This document shows, piece by piece, positions 39,281 to 49,468 of a stretch of 64,000 nucleotides of DNA; within the stretch, counting starts at the first letter, position 1; the number at the start of each line of letters is the position of its first letter. The notes under the pieces are model-generated. The model worked only from the letters and a program-made list of their open reading frames with translations. It ran no database searches and had not been told where the DNA came from. The stretch covers positions 60,905 through 124,904 of the forward strand of contig JBEKDF010000003.1 in assembly GCA_050014495.1 (NCBI GenBank). Reading direction: 5' to 3'. A program made the position numbers and the translations under genes. The DNA is from Candidatus Bathyarchaeia archaeon. Its GTDB lineage: Archaea > Thermoproteota > Bathyarchaeia > TCS64.

Positions 39281-40372
39281 TTAAACTCCGATGTAAGGCA
39301 CGAGAACAACCGCCGTAATAAAGGCGAGCAAACCCGCAGTCACGGCTACCGCGGCTGCGACGAGTATCGGCCTGGTCCCAAGGCTGAGTATACTCTTGAA
39401 GCTTACCTTAGAGCCTACACCCGCGAATGCTGTGGCGAATGTAAATGGAAGAAGACTTCCTGAGATGAAGCCCTTAATGGTAACCCAATCTATGCCCAAA
39501 CCCAGAAGTAAGGCCGTATTCACATCCAATAATGCGCAAACCAGTGAGCCGATCGTGAATGCTACAGCGAAGAGAGGGACGACAAATGACCTCCGACCAC
39601 CTGCAGTTTTCTCGCACCTCGAACAGTACCACGAGAGGAGAAAAACAACGGGTCCGATCATGAATATCCTCACAGACTTAATCAACATGGCAGCTTGCAC
39701 CGCAGACGCGTTGACAGCACCAGCAGCTGCGATCACCTGCGCCGTCTCATGTACACCGGCACCAACCCAAATTGAGTAGGCGTTCAAGTTACCGCCAAGC
39801 AACCCGTTTACGGGCGTGTAAAGGAAGAGAAAGGGGTAGAGAAACATCGAAACTAGCCCAAACAGGGTTATTCCAGCCACCGCGAGACCCGACTCCTCCT
39901 CCTTGGCACCGATCGCTGGTGTTAGGGCCGCGATCGCGGATGCGCCACAAATCGCAGTGCCGACACCGATCAGTGACGCAAGCCGGTGGCCAATCCTCAG
40001 CCTCGCACCAAGCCAAAGGCTCAAGCTAAGCGCTGCAACTATCACGACAAAGGCGGCGATGACACCTACTCCAACCCGAGTCCAGATAAGCGCACTCGTC
40101 ACAAAGCCGAGTACAGCCACTCCGATCCTCAGAAGTTGCCCGGAGCAGAAACCAATCCCCGTCTTCATCGAGCTTCTATACCCGATAAGGTTCGCGATCA
40201 CGATACTGATGACGAATGCCCACATCATCTGGCTTACCGGTTTGTAGAACCCCCAGATGATGAACGACACTATAGCAATAACCAGGCAATAGGCCACGCC
40301 CGGAATTGCCCTAAGGAATGCTTCGGAGTTGGGTAATGAGACCAAGGTTCTCTGAAGAGGAACTGCGAGCAT
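39281..40372 (-). CDS. YeiH/UPF0324 family membrane protein (putative sulfate exporter)
   Basis: LLRIGVAVLG, GTAICGASAIAA, GAGVHETAQV, KSVR. Confidence 0.85.
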   Translation of the reverse strand: MLAVPLQRTLVSLPNSEAFLRAIPGVAYCLVIAIVSFIIWGFYKPVSQMMWAFVISIVIANLIGYRSSMKTGIGFCSGQLLRIGVAVLGFVTSALIWTRVGVGVIAAFVVIVAALSLSLWLGARLRIGHRLASLIGVGTAICGASAIAALTPAIGAKEEESGLAVAGITLFGLVSMFLYPFLFLYTPVNGLLGGNLNAYSIWVGAGVHETAQVIAAAGAVNASAVQAAMLIKSVRIFMIGPVVFLLSWYCSRCEKTAGGRRSFVVPLFAVAFTIGSLVCALLDVNTALLLGLGIDWVTIKGFISGSLLPFTFATAFAGVGSKVSFKSILSLGTRPILVAAAVAVTAGLLAFITAVVLVPYIGV

Positions 40373-40387
40373 CTAAATGTTTCGCGG

Positions 40388-41152
40388 TCAATCGCGTTTA
40401 CTGACAGGCATAGCTACCGTGAAAGTCGTCCCTTTCTCCAACTGGCTCTCAAAGGATATGTCGCCACCATGAGCCTCTACTATCCTCTTGGCTGCGGCTA
40501 GTCCCAGGCCGAACCCGCCTCTCTTCTTTGTACCGAATGCCACGAAGATTTTCTCCCTCACTGTTTCAGGGATTCCAATACCTGTGTCTCGTACGCTTGT
40601 GAGGATTTTATCACCTTCGATCCGAGTCATAATTGCCAAATTTCCACCGCTCGGCATCGCCTCGACAGCGTTCTTGATAATAATTGTGAAGACCCGCTTA
40701 ATCTTGTTGAGGTCAATTTTAGTCTCTGGTACACCTTGATCAAGATCAATCGAAATCTTGATGGTTTGGGGTAACTGGGAGTCTTCGAGGGCCTTCGTAA
40801 GTAGCTTGTTGATGTTTCCCGGCATCGGTGTTATCTCGTAACCTCGATAATACTCTCTAAAGCTATCTAGGAGGGAAGTCGCCTGATTCAGTGCTTCACC
40901 TATCTTTGGATAGTAGGTCGTATCCCCTGGTTTCCGCTCCATGAGGAAGAGGCTGTTTGTTATGGTCTGAAGAGGGCTCCTGAGGTCGTGAGCGAGCTCC
41001 GTGGAGAGTCTTGTTAACTCAGCCTGAAACTCCACTTTAGCCATTTCCCGAGCGCGTCCATCGACATCAACGAGCAGCTCCTTATACCTACGCTCACTTT
41101 CAACTAGGGCCTTCCTTAATTCCTCAATGGAATCTTGTTTATTCTCCCTCAT
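40388..41152 (-). CDS. Cytoplasmic histidine kinase (HisKA+HATPase), no sensor domain
   Basis: H-box AHDLRSPL, N-box KNAVEA, G1 DTGIGI, G2 GFGLGL, HGG. Confidence 0.9.
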   Translation of the reverse strand: MRENKQDSIEELRKALVESERRYKELLVDVDGRAREMAKVEFQAELTRLSTELAHDLRSPLQTITNSLFLMERKPGDTTYYPKIGEALNQATSLLDSFREYYRGYEITPMPGNINKLLTKALEDSQLPQTIKISIDLDQGVPETKIDLNKIKRVFTIIIKNAVEAMPSGGNLAIMTRIEGDKILTSVRDTGIGIPETVREKIFVAFGTKKRGGFGLGLAAAKRIVEAHGGDISFESQLEKGTTFTVAMPVSKRD

Positions 41153-41270
41153 GAACCCACCTTAGCACTCTACAGACCCGGATACTCTATTTTCAACTTA
41201 TGGATTTAAAATATGACAACCTTTTTACCACGCCCAGCGGAAAGTCTATGCTACCATAGAGGTAGAAAAG

Positions 41271-42140
41271 GTGAGCAAGAATCAGTCAGCTTCGATGGCC
41301 GTCGTTGGCGGTTTCATCGTCTTCTGTTTGATGCTTTCGGCTTTCTTCCTCTCTGGATCAGTTGCCATCCTATCGAACGCCCTTGAATCCATAACAAATA
41401 TCATAGCTTCTTTCATGATGGTTATCTCGATACACATATCGAAGACACCAGCTGATGTAGATCATCCCTATGGGCATGAAAAGGTCGAGAATATCTCCGC
41501 CTTCGTAGAGGGAGCCCTAGTTATTGTCGCAGGTATTCTCATTGCTTATACAGCGTTAGGCAGACTCTTCAATCCCGTCGAACTCGGTAGTCTAGATCTC
41601 GCACTAGGAATAACCTTAATCGCTACTGCCATTAACGGTGGTCTTTCGATGTACTTGATGAGGTCTTCAAAGAAACATGGCTCAATGGCGCTTGAAGGCG
41701 ATGCAAAACACCTCCTGACCGATGTCCTCTCATCAATCGGTATCGTTGTCGGCTTGTTCATAGCGAGCCTCACGGGTTGGAAGATCCTTGATCCACTCAT
41801 AGCTATAGTCGTAGCAATATTGGTCTTCAAAATGGGTTCAGATCTCGTATTCAAGGCAGGTAACGGGTTATTAGATCAGTCGGCGGACGACGAGCAAACG
41901 AGAATTGAGAAACTCCTCAACGATCACCACCCCGAGTTCATTGACTATCACAATGTAAAGACTCGTAGAAGCGGGAACAAGGTTTTCGCAGAGCTCCACC
42001 TCACCGTAGACCCAAACATATCTGTCCAGAAGGCTCATGATCTCACGAAACACTTGGAAGAGGACCTCCACAAGGAACTCCCAGAGGTTAGCCTCACAAT
42101 ACACGTCGAGCCGCCCAAGGCTCATGGCGAAACAGACTAG
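41271..42140 (+). CDS. Cation diffusion facilitator (FieF-like)
   Basis: PAD.DHPYGHEKVE, DAKHLLTD, LDP, IHVEP. Confidence 0.9.
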   Translation: MSKNQSASMAVVGGFIVFCLMLSAFFLSGSVAILSNALESITNIIASFMMVISIHISKTPADVDHPYGHEKVENISAFVEGALVIVAGILIAYTALGRLFNPVELGSLDLALGITLIATAINGGLSMYLMRSSKKHGSMALEGDAKHLLTDVLSSIGIVVGLFIASLTGWKILDPLIAIVVAILVFKMGSDLVFKAGNGLLDQSADDEQTRIEKLLNDHHPEFIDYHNVKTRRSGNKVFAELHLTVDPNISVQKAHDLTKHLEEDLHKELPEVSLTIHVEPPKAHGETD

Positions 42141-42188
42141 CTGACCTTTTCAACATGAAGATGTACAAATAAGCAAAGGTGATACATC

Positions 42189-42965
42189 TTGGGAGGTATT
42201 CTTGACAAGTTCTCGTTGAAGGGGCAGGTAGGTGTTGTTACAGGTGGTGGCCAGGGACTTGGTAAGGTATTCAGCCTCGCGTTCGCCGAGGCTGGAGCCA
42301 GCGTCGTAGTTGCCGAGCTTAACCCAGATACTGGCCCGGAGACCGCCAAGGAGATTGAGGAAAAAGGAAGCGAAACGCTCTTCGTCGAAACCGATGTTAG
42401 AAATCGTATCAGCATAGAGGCGATGGTGGATAAGACCGTAGATCGATTCGGGCGGCTAGACTTCTTGATGAATAACGCTGGTATTGTGAAGTGGTGCCCC
42501 GCCGAGTCCGTCACTGAAAAAGATTGGAGAGAGGTAATAGATGTCAACCTCAACGGCCTCTTCTACTGCAGCCAGGCTGCCGGGAGACAGATGATTAAAC
42601 AGGGTGGAGGCCGTATAATCAACATAGCCTCCATGTCCGGCTACATAGTTAACCGCCCACAACAACAGGCGAGCTACAATACCTCCAAAGCCGCCGTCAT
42701 CCACCTGACAAGGAGTCTCGCCGCTGAATGGTCGTCTTATAACATCAGGGTCAACGCCATTGCACCCGGCTACATGGACACCGAGATGACCCACAAGGCA
42801 TTCGATGACCCCGCATATGGTACCATCTGGACAGATGGTACACCGATGAGACGCCCAGGCAGACCAGAGGAACTGGCACCCCTCGCGATCTTCCTAGCCT
42901 CAGAAGCATCCAGCTACGTAACAGGATCAACTATTCTAATAGATGGAGGTTATACAATCTGGTAA
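42189..42965 (+). CDS. Short-chain dehydrogenase/reductase (sugar/polyol type)
   Basis: TGGGQGLG, NNAG, ASMSG, YNTSK. Confidence 0.92.
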   Translation: MGGILDKFSLKGQVGVVTGGGQGLGKVFSLAFAEAGASVVVAELNPDTGPETAKEIEEKGSETLFVETDVRNRISIEAMVDKTVDRFGRLDFLMNNAGIVKWCPAESVTEKDWREVIDVNLNGLFYCSQAAGRQMIKQGGGRIINIASMSGYIVNRPQQQASYNTSKAAVIHLTRSLAAEWSSYNIRVNAIAPGYMDTEMTHKAFDDPAYGTIWTDGTPMRRPGRPEELAPLAIFLASEASSYVTGSTILIDGGYTIW

Positions 42966-43027
42966 TCTCCAAATGCACTCAAACCGATTGAGTTCTCAGA
43001 TAAGTTTTTACGGTCCACGCCCCGGGA

Positions 43028-44272
43028 TTGAACCGGGTGGATTTTACGAGTAAGCGGGAGCTCCTTGTAAGCAAGATTGACAATGGGATCGTCATAGACC
43101 ACATCCCCGCAGGGAAGGCGTTTCAGGTCCTTCGCCTATTAAAGATTGAGCCAGACGCTCAGGCCTTCATAGCACAGAACGTGGATAGCAAGACGATGGG
43201 GCGAAAGGACCTCATAAAGGTCGAGGGAACATACCTGACAAGCAAGCAGATAGATCTTATAGCCTTCTTGGCCCCCGAGGCTACCCTAAACATCATCCAG
43301 GACTGGGAAGTCAAGGAGAAGAGACGGATACAACTCCCAAAGCAGGTCGAGGGCATATTCAAGTGTCCCAACCCCCTTTGCCCTACTAATGCACCATACA
43401 CACCTCCCAAGACTATCTTCAAGGTCGAGAAGAGGGAGAGGATCGAGGAGACGCAACTGCACTGCACATACTGTGGCAGTATCACATACTACGGCCCTGT
43501 GCTCGAACAACTCACGAAGGATGGCATAGCCATCGAGGGCAGTGGCCTAGTCAGTCAGGAGAAGATTGAGCGCGTTCTCCTCGACGCCCTCATAAAGGGT
43601 GGTGCCCTTAGGTTCCCACCCACGCCAAAAGAGGCATTCACCCTGAAGAGTGGGCGCAAGAGTCCCTACTTTATCAATCTGGGTGCCCTCACCGACGGAG
43701 AAAGCCTAGCCAAGCTCAAGTGGGCATTTGCCAGCTACATAGCTCTACAGATGGAGAAGGGAGAGATACCAGACTTCGACTATGTCTTTGGCCCAAGCTA
43801 CAAGGGCATCAGCCTCGCGGCTCTCACATGCGAGGGGCTCCGAGAGCTCTTCGGGATGAAGAAGCGCTTCTTGTATGATAGGAAGGAGGAGAAGAGCTAC
43901 GGGGACATGACCGCTGATAAGGTCATAGTAGGAGCCGGCTACTACAAACCGGGGCAACGCATCCTCGTCGTCGACGACACTATCACCACTGGCGCCACCA
44001 AGATAGACACATTCGAGAAGCTAGGTCTGCTCGAGAACCACAAGGTCGTTGGCCTTGTCATCGCCGTCGACAGACAGGAGAAGATGGGGGACTCCGAACA
44101 CATAGAGGCAAAGACACCCAGCGAGAGCATAGAGGAGACCCTCGGCATCAAGGTTTTCAGCATACAGAACATAAGGACCATCTACAGCCTCATCAAAGAC
44201 GGTCTAGATCCCGAGATGAAGAGACTATGGCTCGAATACTACAACAAGTATGGGGCAGTTAAGCTCGAGTAG
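43028..44272 (+). CDS. pyrI-pyrE: Fusion of aspartate carbamoyltransferase regulatory subunit (PyrI) and orotate phosphoribosyltransferase (PyrE)
   Basis: N-half: NGIVIDHIPAG, KDLIKVE, CPNPLC...CTYC. C-half: FTLKSGRKSPYF, FGPSYKGI, DRKEEK, VVDDTITTG. One uninterrupted frame. Confidence 0.9.
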   Translation: MNRVDFTSKRELLVSKIDNGIVIDHIPAGKAFQVLRLLKIEPDAQAFIAQNVDSKTMGRKDLIKVEGTYLTSKQIDLIAFLAPEATLNIIQDWEVKEKRRIQLPKQVEGIFKCPNPLCPTNAPYTPPKTIFKVEKRERIEETQLHCTYCGSITYYGPVLEQLTKDGIAIEGSGLVSQEKIERVLLDALIKGGALRFPPTPKEAFTLKSGRKSPYFINLGALTDGESLAKLKWAFASYIALQMEKGEIPDFDYVFGPSYKGISLAALTCEGLRELFGMKKRFLYDRKEEKSYGDMTADKVIVGAGYYKPGQRILVVDDTITTGATKIDTFEKLGLLENHKVVGLVIAVDRQEKMGDSEHIEAKTPSESIEETLGIKVFSIQNIRTIYSLIKDGLDPEMKRLWLEYYNKYGAVKLE

Positions 44273-44309
44273 GCAACATATTTTATTTCGCCTCTCCGCT
44301 CCCACTGCC

Positions 44310-45692
44310 ATGGAGCTTTTCGACGTCCTAGTTGTCGGCTCAGGCTCAGGCATGACAATAGTGGAGGGAGCTATAAATAAGGGTCTCAAAGTCGCACTCG
44401 TAGACAAGGATCCCCTCGGGGGTACATGCCTCAATCGAGGGTGTATCCCGAGCAAGATGATAATTTACCCAGCCGATGTTATTCAGGAGGCCAGAAGGGT
44501 CTCATCCCTCGGAGTCAAGGCGACCATCGATGAGATTGACTTCAAGGCAATAATGGGTAGGATGCGCGCTAGCGTCTCCAATGACAGGCATCACATGGAG
44601 GAAGGCGTCGGGAGAATCAAGAACCTCAACTACTACCCGGTTCAGGGTGAGTTCGTCAGCGACTACGAGATGAAGGTAGGCGAGGAGACAATCGAAGCGA
44701 AAAACGTCTTCCTCGTCTCTGGGGCCAGGCCCGAGATTCCTCCGATCAAGGGTATTGAGAACGTGAATTACCTCACTTACAGAAATGTCTTCGAACTTGA
44801 GGCTCCCCCGAAGAGCTTAGTGATCGCAGGTGGGGGTTACATCTCCTGCGAACTCGCTCACTTTTTCAGTGCAATCGGCGTCGAGGTGACAATTGTCAGC
44901 CGTAGCCCCAGGCTTCTACGCCAATTTGAACCTGAGGTAAGCGAGACGCTCATACGGGCTCTGCGTACCAGAATGAAAGTCCTCACATCGACAGAGATGA
45001 AGAGCGTCTCCGAGAAGAGTGGGATTAAGACCGTGACAATCGCTGACTCGGAGGGGGAAAGGACAATAGAGGCAGAATCCCTGCTCGTTGCCGCGGGTCT
45101 GAGAGGAAACTCGGACATTCTGAATACAGAAAGGACTGGGGTGAAATCGGATGATCGCGGCTACATTATCGTAAATGAGTTCTACGAGACCTCGAAGCCA
45201 CGTATATGGGCATTTGGGGATGCTATAGGTAGAGGCATGTTCAAACACGTCGCGAATAGGGAGGCTGAGCTTGTCTGGCATGCTTTCGATAACGGTCATA
45301 GACAAGCATTAGACTTCGATAAGGTTCCATACGCAGTTTTCAGCTGGCCCGAGGTCGCTGGGGTGGGGATCACTGAGGAGGAGGCTATCAAACGCAGGCT
45401 GAAGTATCTCGTCAGCTTCTACCCCTATTCTGAAACGGCTTATGGTTCCGCAATGGGGGAGGAGGAGGGCTTCGTGAAACTACTCGTCGAGGATGAGACA
45501 TATAGGATACTGGGGTGCCAAATAGTCGGTCCGCAGGCTCCTATACTCATCCACGAGGTAATAGTAGCTATGAATGCGGGTGATGGCTCTGTCTACCCCA
45601 TATTAGACGCGTTACATATTCACCCATCACTATCAGAGGTTGTTCAGCGATGTGTCTGGCACCTCCAAAAACCTGGTCACGACAATGCATGA
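44310..45692 (+). CDS. Dihydrolipoamide dehydrogenase / mycothione reductase-like flavin disulfide reductase
   Basis: GSGSG, GGTCLNRGCIPSK, GGGYI, HIHPSLSE; start at ATG 44310. Confidence 0.88.
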   Translation: MELFDVLVVGSGSGMTIVEGAINKGLKVALVDKDPLGGTCLNRGCIPSKMIIYPADVIQEARRVSSLGVKATIDEIDFKAIMGRMRASVSNDRHHMEEGVGRIKNLNYYPVQGEFVSDYEMKVGEETIEAKNVFLVSGARPEIPPIKGIENVNYLTYRNVFELEAPPKSLVIAGGGYISCELAHFFSAIGVEVTIVSRSPRLLRQFEPEVSETLIRALRTRMKVLTSTEMKSVSEKSGIKTVTIADSEGERTIEAESLLVAAGLRGNSDILNTERTGVKSDDRGYIIVNEFYETSKPRIWAFGDAIGRGMFKHVANREAELVWHAFDNGHRQALDFDKVPYAVFSWPEVAGVGITEEEAIKRRLKYLVSFYPYSETAYGSAMGEEEGFVKLLVEDETYRILGCQIVGPQAPILIHEVIVAMNAGDGSVYPILDALHIHPSLSEVVQRCVWHLQKPGHDNA

Positions 45693-45750
45693 TCACGCGT
45701 GAGCGTCTATTTGGTATTATCTTAATAAAAAGGGCGGAGAAAGTCTCCTC

Positions 45751-46101
45751 TTACTTGGTAGCGATGGTGTACTTGACGCCTAGTGGGGCTAACGCCTCGT
45801 CTATCTGTTCGATGAGTTGGTTGATCTGCTCGACCTTCGGCTCCTTGAACCACTCGAAGACAAAGTCGTAGTCCCCCATTTTTATACCGCTCTTACTAAT
45901 TATCGTGGCACAGCGCTTCTCCGGGATTTCGCCAACCGTCGAGAAGTAGTTCATTACGCCCTCCTGTGTATTGAACTGGGGCGTAGCTGTCTCGATCATA
46001 GAGTCCATTATGCACACCTCTGGCGTGTTGATCGCAAGCTTCTCGAGGGCCCTCATAGCTTTAAGAAGTGGCGGCCCGTAGATCCTAACATAGCTCTTCA
46101 T
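45751..46101 (-). CDS. Hypothetical protein
   Basis: 116-aa ORF with protein-like composition and a GAGG SD-like site; no family recognised. Confidence 0.6.
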   Translation of the reverse strand: MKSYVRIYGPPLLKAMRALEKLAINTPEVCIMDSMIETATPQFNTQEGVMNYFSTVGEIPEKRCATIISKSGIKMGDYDFVFEWFKEPKVEQINQLIEQIDEALAPLGVKYTIATK

Positions 46102-46166
46102 TTCTGGAACCTCATGTAGGCTGAGGAGTTTATATTAATAAAATTTGGGTCGGCGATAGTCGCTGC

Positions 46167-46643
46167 TCAGAACATCTTGAGTTGCCTCTCAATCTCAGCA
46201 TAATCAGGCTCAACTCCGGGATTACTTGATATCCACTTCCACTTGAGTACGCCTTCAGCGTCTATTATGAAGATGCTCCTCTGGGCCACGGTGTAGCCCT
46301 TGAGCCCCGCGAAGTCGCGTAGCTCTACGCCGTACGCATTAATGGTCTCACGAGCGTAATCGCTTAGGAGGGGGAAATTTAGGGCGTTGTCTTCGTGGAA
46401 ACCCTTGAGTGCAAAGGGATCATTCACGCTTATAGCGACGACCTGAGCATTAAGAGTCCCTAGTTTTGCTAAAGCGTCGCGTAGAGTGCACATCTCTTTG
46501 TCGCAAACTCCAGTGTATGCTCCGGGGAAGAAGGCTAATACAAGCTTCTTTCCCATGAACTCCTTTAGGCTCCTCTTCTTTAATGTATAATCAAAGAGTG
46601 TAAACTCTGGAATCTTCATGCCTACCTCAACCATATTCATCAC
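46167..46643 (-). CDS. Peroxiredoxin (Bcp/AhpE-like)
   Basis: FFPGAYTGVCDKEMC, ISVND, FPLLSD, RSIFIID. Confidence 0.92.
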   Translation of the reverse strand: MMNMVEVGMKIPEFTLFDYTLKKRSLKEFMGKKLVLAFFPGAYTGVCDKEMCTLRDALAKLGTLNAQVVAISVNDPFALKGFHEDNALNFPLLSDYARETINAYGVELRDFAGLKGYTVAQRSIFIIDAEGVLKWKWISSNPGVEPDYAEIERQLKMF

Positions 46644-46651
46644 CTCCAGTT

Positions 46652-48052
46652 TTACACCGAGGGATTTAACATGCGAGGTTTACTACTCTCGAGTGTGTAG
46701 CTTAGGGATTTCCATGAGTTCATTCCGCCGAGCAGGTTGAAGACGTCCTTGAAGCCTCGGTGTTTGAGAATGCTCGCAGCTAGGCTCCCCCTACCCCCCC
46801 AACTACATGTTAAGACTACAGGTTTCTCACTCGAGATTTTTCCGACATTCTCACTTATTTGGCCTACATAGAAGTTGATTGCACCCGGTATGTGCCCAAA
46901 ACCATATTCTTCTGCATCACGAACATCAATAATTGTCACCGCATTTCTACTGAGTAAATTCTTCAATTCTGGGGCTGTTAGCACACCGGAGGACTCAGTT
47001 AGGTTACCCTTGTTTCTCCAGGCATCGATGCCTGGGCATAAGTAACCAATTATATCCACAAACCCGATCCTGTTGAGGTATGTAATTGCCTTCTCAGCAT
47101 CTTCCTTTCTCTCTAAAACTAGGATTATTCTCTTATCATAGCCTACAACCCAGCCTGGATAGTAGGATGAGCCCTCCAACCAAATGTTTAAAGAGCCGGG
47201 AATATGGCTAGCTGCGAATGCATCAGGGTTCCTAGTGTCGATGATAATAACATCTGGTTGCTTCCAGATTGCATCGAAGTCCTGCACCTGTATTTGCTTA
47301 GGCTTGGTTGCGTTCCGTAGTAAAGGTGGGCCATTTAGGTTCCATTCCTCCATTCTGGAGAAATATGGGGGTCTAAGCATCTGATTTTCAAGCATCGTTT
47401 TTATGAAAACCTCCCTACTGAGACCTACTAGGGGGTTAGTCAGTCTTTCGATGCCAATACTGGTTACATCCCTGTCACTAATCCGGTTACCACAGATGCT
47501 GCCCGCCGTGTGTGCGGGGTACACCATAACTTGATCCCCGAGTGGTAGTAATTTTTCGTGGATGCTATCGAAAAGAAGGCCGGATAGTTTAGACCAGTTC
47601 TCAGGTCCCATTAAATCTGTTCTGCCCACGTCGCCGGAGAATAGTGTGTCACCCGTAAAGACCATTATAGGCTCCTGATTCAGCCTAGTATCCACGACGG
47701 CGTAACAGAAGCTTTCGAAGGTATGCCCTGGGGTGGCAATTGTCATTATTCTGAGCCGCCCGATGTTGATTAATTCATTACCTTTGAGACTTTGATCTCC
47801 GTATCCGAATTTGAGATCCATACTATGGCAAATCTTGGCTTCAGTTATCTCTTTGAGCTCTAGGCTCCCGATGACGTAATCCTCGTTACGATGTGTCTCA
47901 AGTATGTACTCTATCTTTGCGCAGTCTTCCTTGGCTAGATCTATGTAGACCTCCACGTCTCTCCTCGGGTCAATAACAACAGCTTCCCCTCCATCGCTGA
48001 GATAGTAACTCATATGTGAGATGCCATGGTCTTTTATCGACTCGAGCCTCAT
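46652..48052 (-). CDS. MBL-fold hydrolase (persulfide dioxygenase-like) with two rhodanese domains
   Basis: IDPRRD, ETHRNEDY, TPGHT, FTGDTLF, YPAH.AGS.CG, then DTR..HIPG and DVR..HIPG..CSWGGR. Confidence 0.88.
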   Translation of the reverse strand: MRLESIKDHGISHMSYYLSDGGEAVVIDPRRDVEVYIDLAKEDCAKIEYILETHRNEDYVIGSLELKEITEAKICHSMDLKFGYGDQSLKGNELINIGRLRIMTIATPGHTFESFCYAVVDTRLNQEPIMVFTGDTLFSGDVGRTDLMGPENWSKLSGLLFDSIHEKLLPLGDQVMVYPAHTAGSICGNRISDRDVTSIGIERLTNPLVGLSREVFIKTMLENQMLRPPYFSRMEEWNLNGPPLLRNATKPKQIQVQDFDAIWKQPDVIIIDTRNPDAFAASHIPGSLNIWLEGSSYYPGWVVGYDKRIILVLERKEDAEKAITYLNRIGFVDIIGYLCPGIDAWRNKGNLTESSGVLTAPELKNLLSRNAVTIIDVRDAEEYGFGHIPGAINFYVGQISENVGKISSEKPVVLTCSWGGRGSLAASILKHRGFKDVFNLLGGMNSWKSLSYTLESSKPRMLNPSV

Positions 48053-48057
48053 CGCTT

Positions 48058-48927
48058 CTACCTCGGATCAGATCCCTTAACAACTGGGTTCCGCGGCCTA
48101 CTGCTCCACTCCGTCCAGCTTCCCTCGTAGATCGATACCCTTGGATACCCTAAGAGGTATCTAAAAATAGTGAATTCATTAGTCGCCTCTCTACCGGTTC
48201 CACAGCTGCAGATTATCATCTTGTCCTTAGTAGCCCCAGCTTCCTCAGCAAGCCTCTTTATCTCAGGAAGCGGCTTTAGAAGTGCCTTATTTTTTTCATC
48301 CATAAGGCTTGCCCAAGGTAGGTTTACCGCGCCAGGGATGTGCCCCAATTTTATCCATGGCCCCGCCTCCCCCCTATAGATGTTTGATGGACGGGCGTCA
48401 AGGAGTATCACCCCCTCCTTATCTTTCAACTCCTTAACCCTCTTCATATTGAGGAAGAAGTCCTCCTGAAGCGACGGTTTAAATGATACTGACTTTACTC
48501 TCGGGAAGACCTGGCTCGTTCTCCTCCCCTCAGCAATCCACTTATCCATTCCGCCATCGAGGAGGTAGACCTTTTTATGTCCCATCCTCAACAGGACATA
48601 AGCAACCATGCACTGCTCCAGACCATCCCCCCAGCCCCTCCACCCTCCCTTTGCGGTGTAGATTACGACGGGTTTATCGTTGCTAATTCCTACCCTCCCA
48701 AAAAGTGAGGCGACAAGTCTCGGTTGGAGTATTACTGCCGGTAACCCCCTCAAAGGTGCACGTAGGGTCTTCTCCTCCAGCTCCACAGAGCCTGGTATGT
48801 GTGCGAGGAAATAGTCATGACAGTCCGGCTGCGTGTCGAGAACCGTCAAATCGTTTCCTAGGTGCTCCTCGAGCCACTCTGTTGAGACCCACCTTAGATC
48901 ACCGCTCCCCCTCGGTTTATCAACCAT
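48058..48927 (-). CDS. Tandem-domain sulfurtransferase (rhodanese/MST)
   Basis: VSTEWL, HIPG, LDGG..W, LDAR, active loop CGTGRE, YEGSWTEW; start at ATG 48927. Confidence 0.92.
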   Translation of the reverse strand: MVDKPRGSGDLRWVSTEWLEEHLGNDLTVLDTQPDCHDYFLAHIPGSVELEEKTLRAPLRGLPAVILQPRLVASLFGRVGISNDKPVVIYTAKGGWRGWGDGLEQCMVAYVLLRMGHKKVYLLDGGMDKWIAEGRRTSQVFPRVKSVSFKPSLQEDFFLNMKRVKELKDKEGVILLDARPSNIYRGEAGPWIKLGHIPGAVNLPWASLMDEKNKALLKPLPEIKRLAEEAGATKDKMIICSCGTGREATNEFTIFRYLLGYPRVSIYEGSWTEWSSRPRNPVVKGSDPR

Positions 48928-49040
48928 AGAAATCAAAAAGATCATTGGAAACCGGAATAATAACACTTTTTGATTGTCAGCTCGGCTAAAGGCATCAACC
49001 CTCATTTGCGCATATTGTATCAATAAGATAGGTGCGATGA

Positions 49041-49406
49041 ATGCCGAAAATAGACGGTCTTGTTACCTTTCTTTATTTCGACGACCTAGAAAGGGCGACA
49101 CAGTTCTATAGGGATGTCATGGGACTGAAGATCACATTAGATCAGGGATGGGCGAAGATCCTGAGGTTGACTGACGGTGCTAGTGTTGGGTTAGTCGACG
49201 GTAAAAAGGGGAGTCTAAGGCCTAGTAAGGATAAGCCCGTGATGATCACAATCCTAGTTCCAGATGTGGATGCTTGGTACGTCCACTTCAAGAGCTGGGG
49301 TATCCCGACCATGAGTGAACCCCATGATGAGCCCTCTCTTAAACTGCGACAGTTTATGCTAAAGGACCCAGAGGGCTATGTAATAGAGATCCAGCACTTC
49401 TATTAG
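49041..49406 (+). CDS. VOC/glyoxalase family protein
   Basis: DLERATQFYRDVMGL, DVDAWY, KDPEGYVIEI. Confidence 0.88.
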   Translation: MPKIDGLVTFLYFDDLERATQFYRDVMGLKITLDQGWAKILRLTDGASVGLVDGKKGSLRPSKDKPVMITILVPDVDAWYVHFKSWGIPTMSEPHDEPSLKLRQFMLKDPEGYVIEIQHFY

Positions 49407-49468
49407 AATATCTGCCCGATTTCTATTGGTAAAGCATAAATTACCGGCTTCGTGGCTCATCTGGATAA

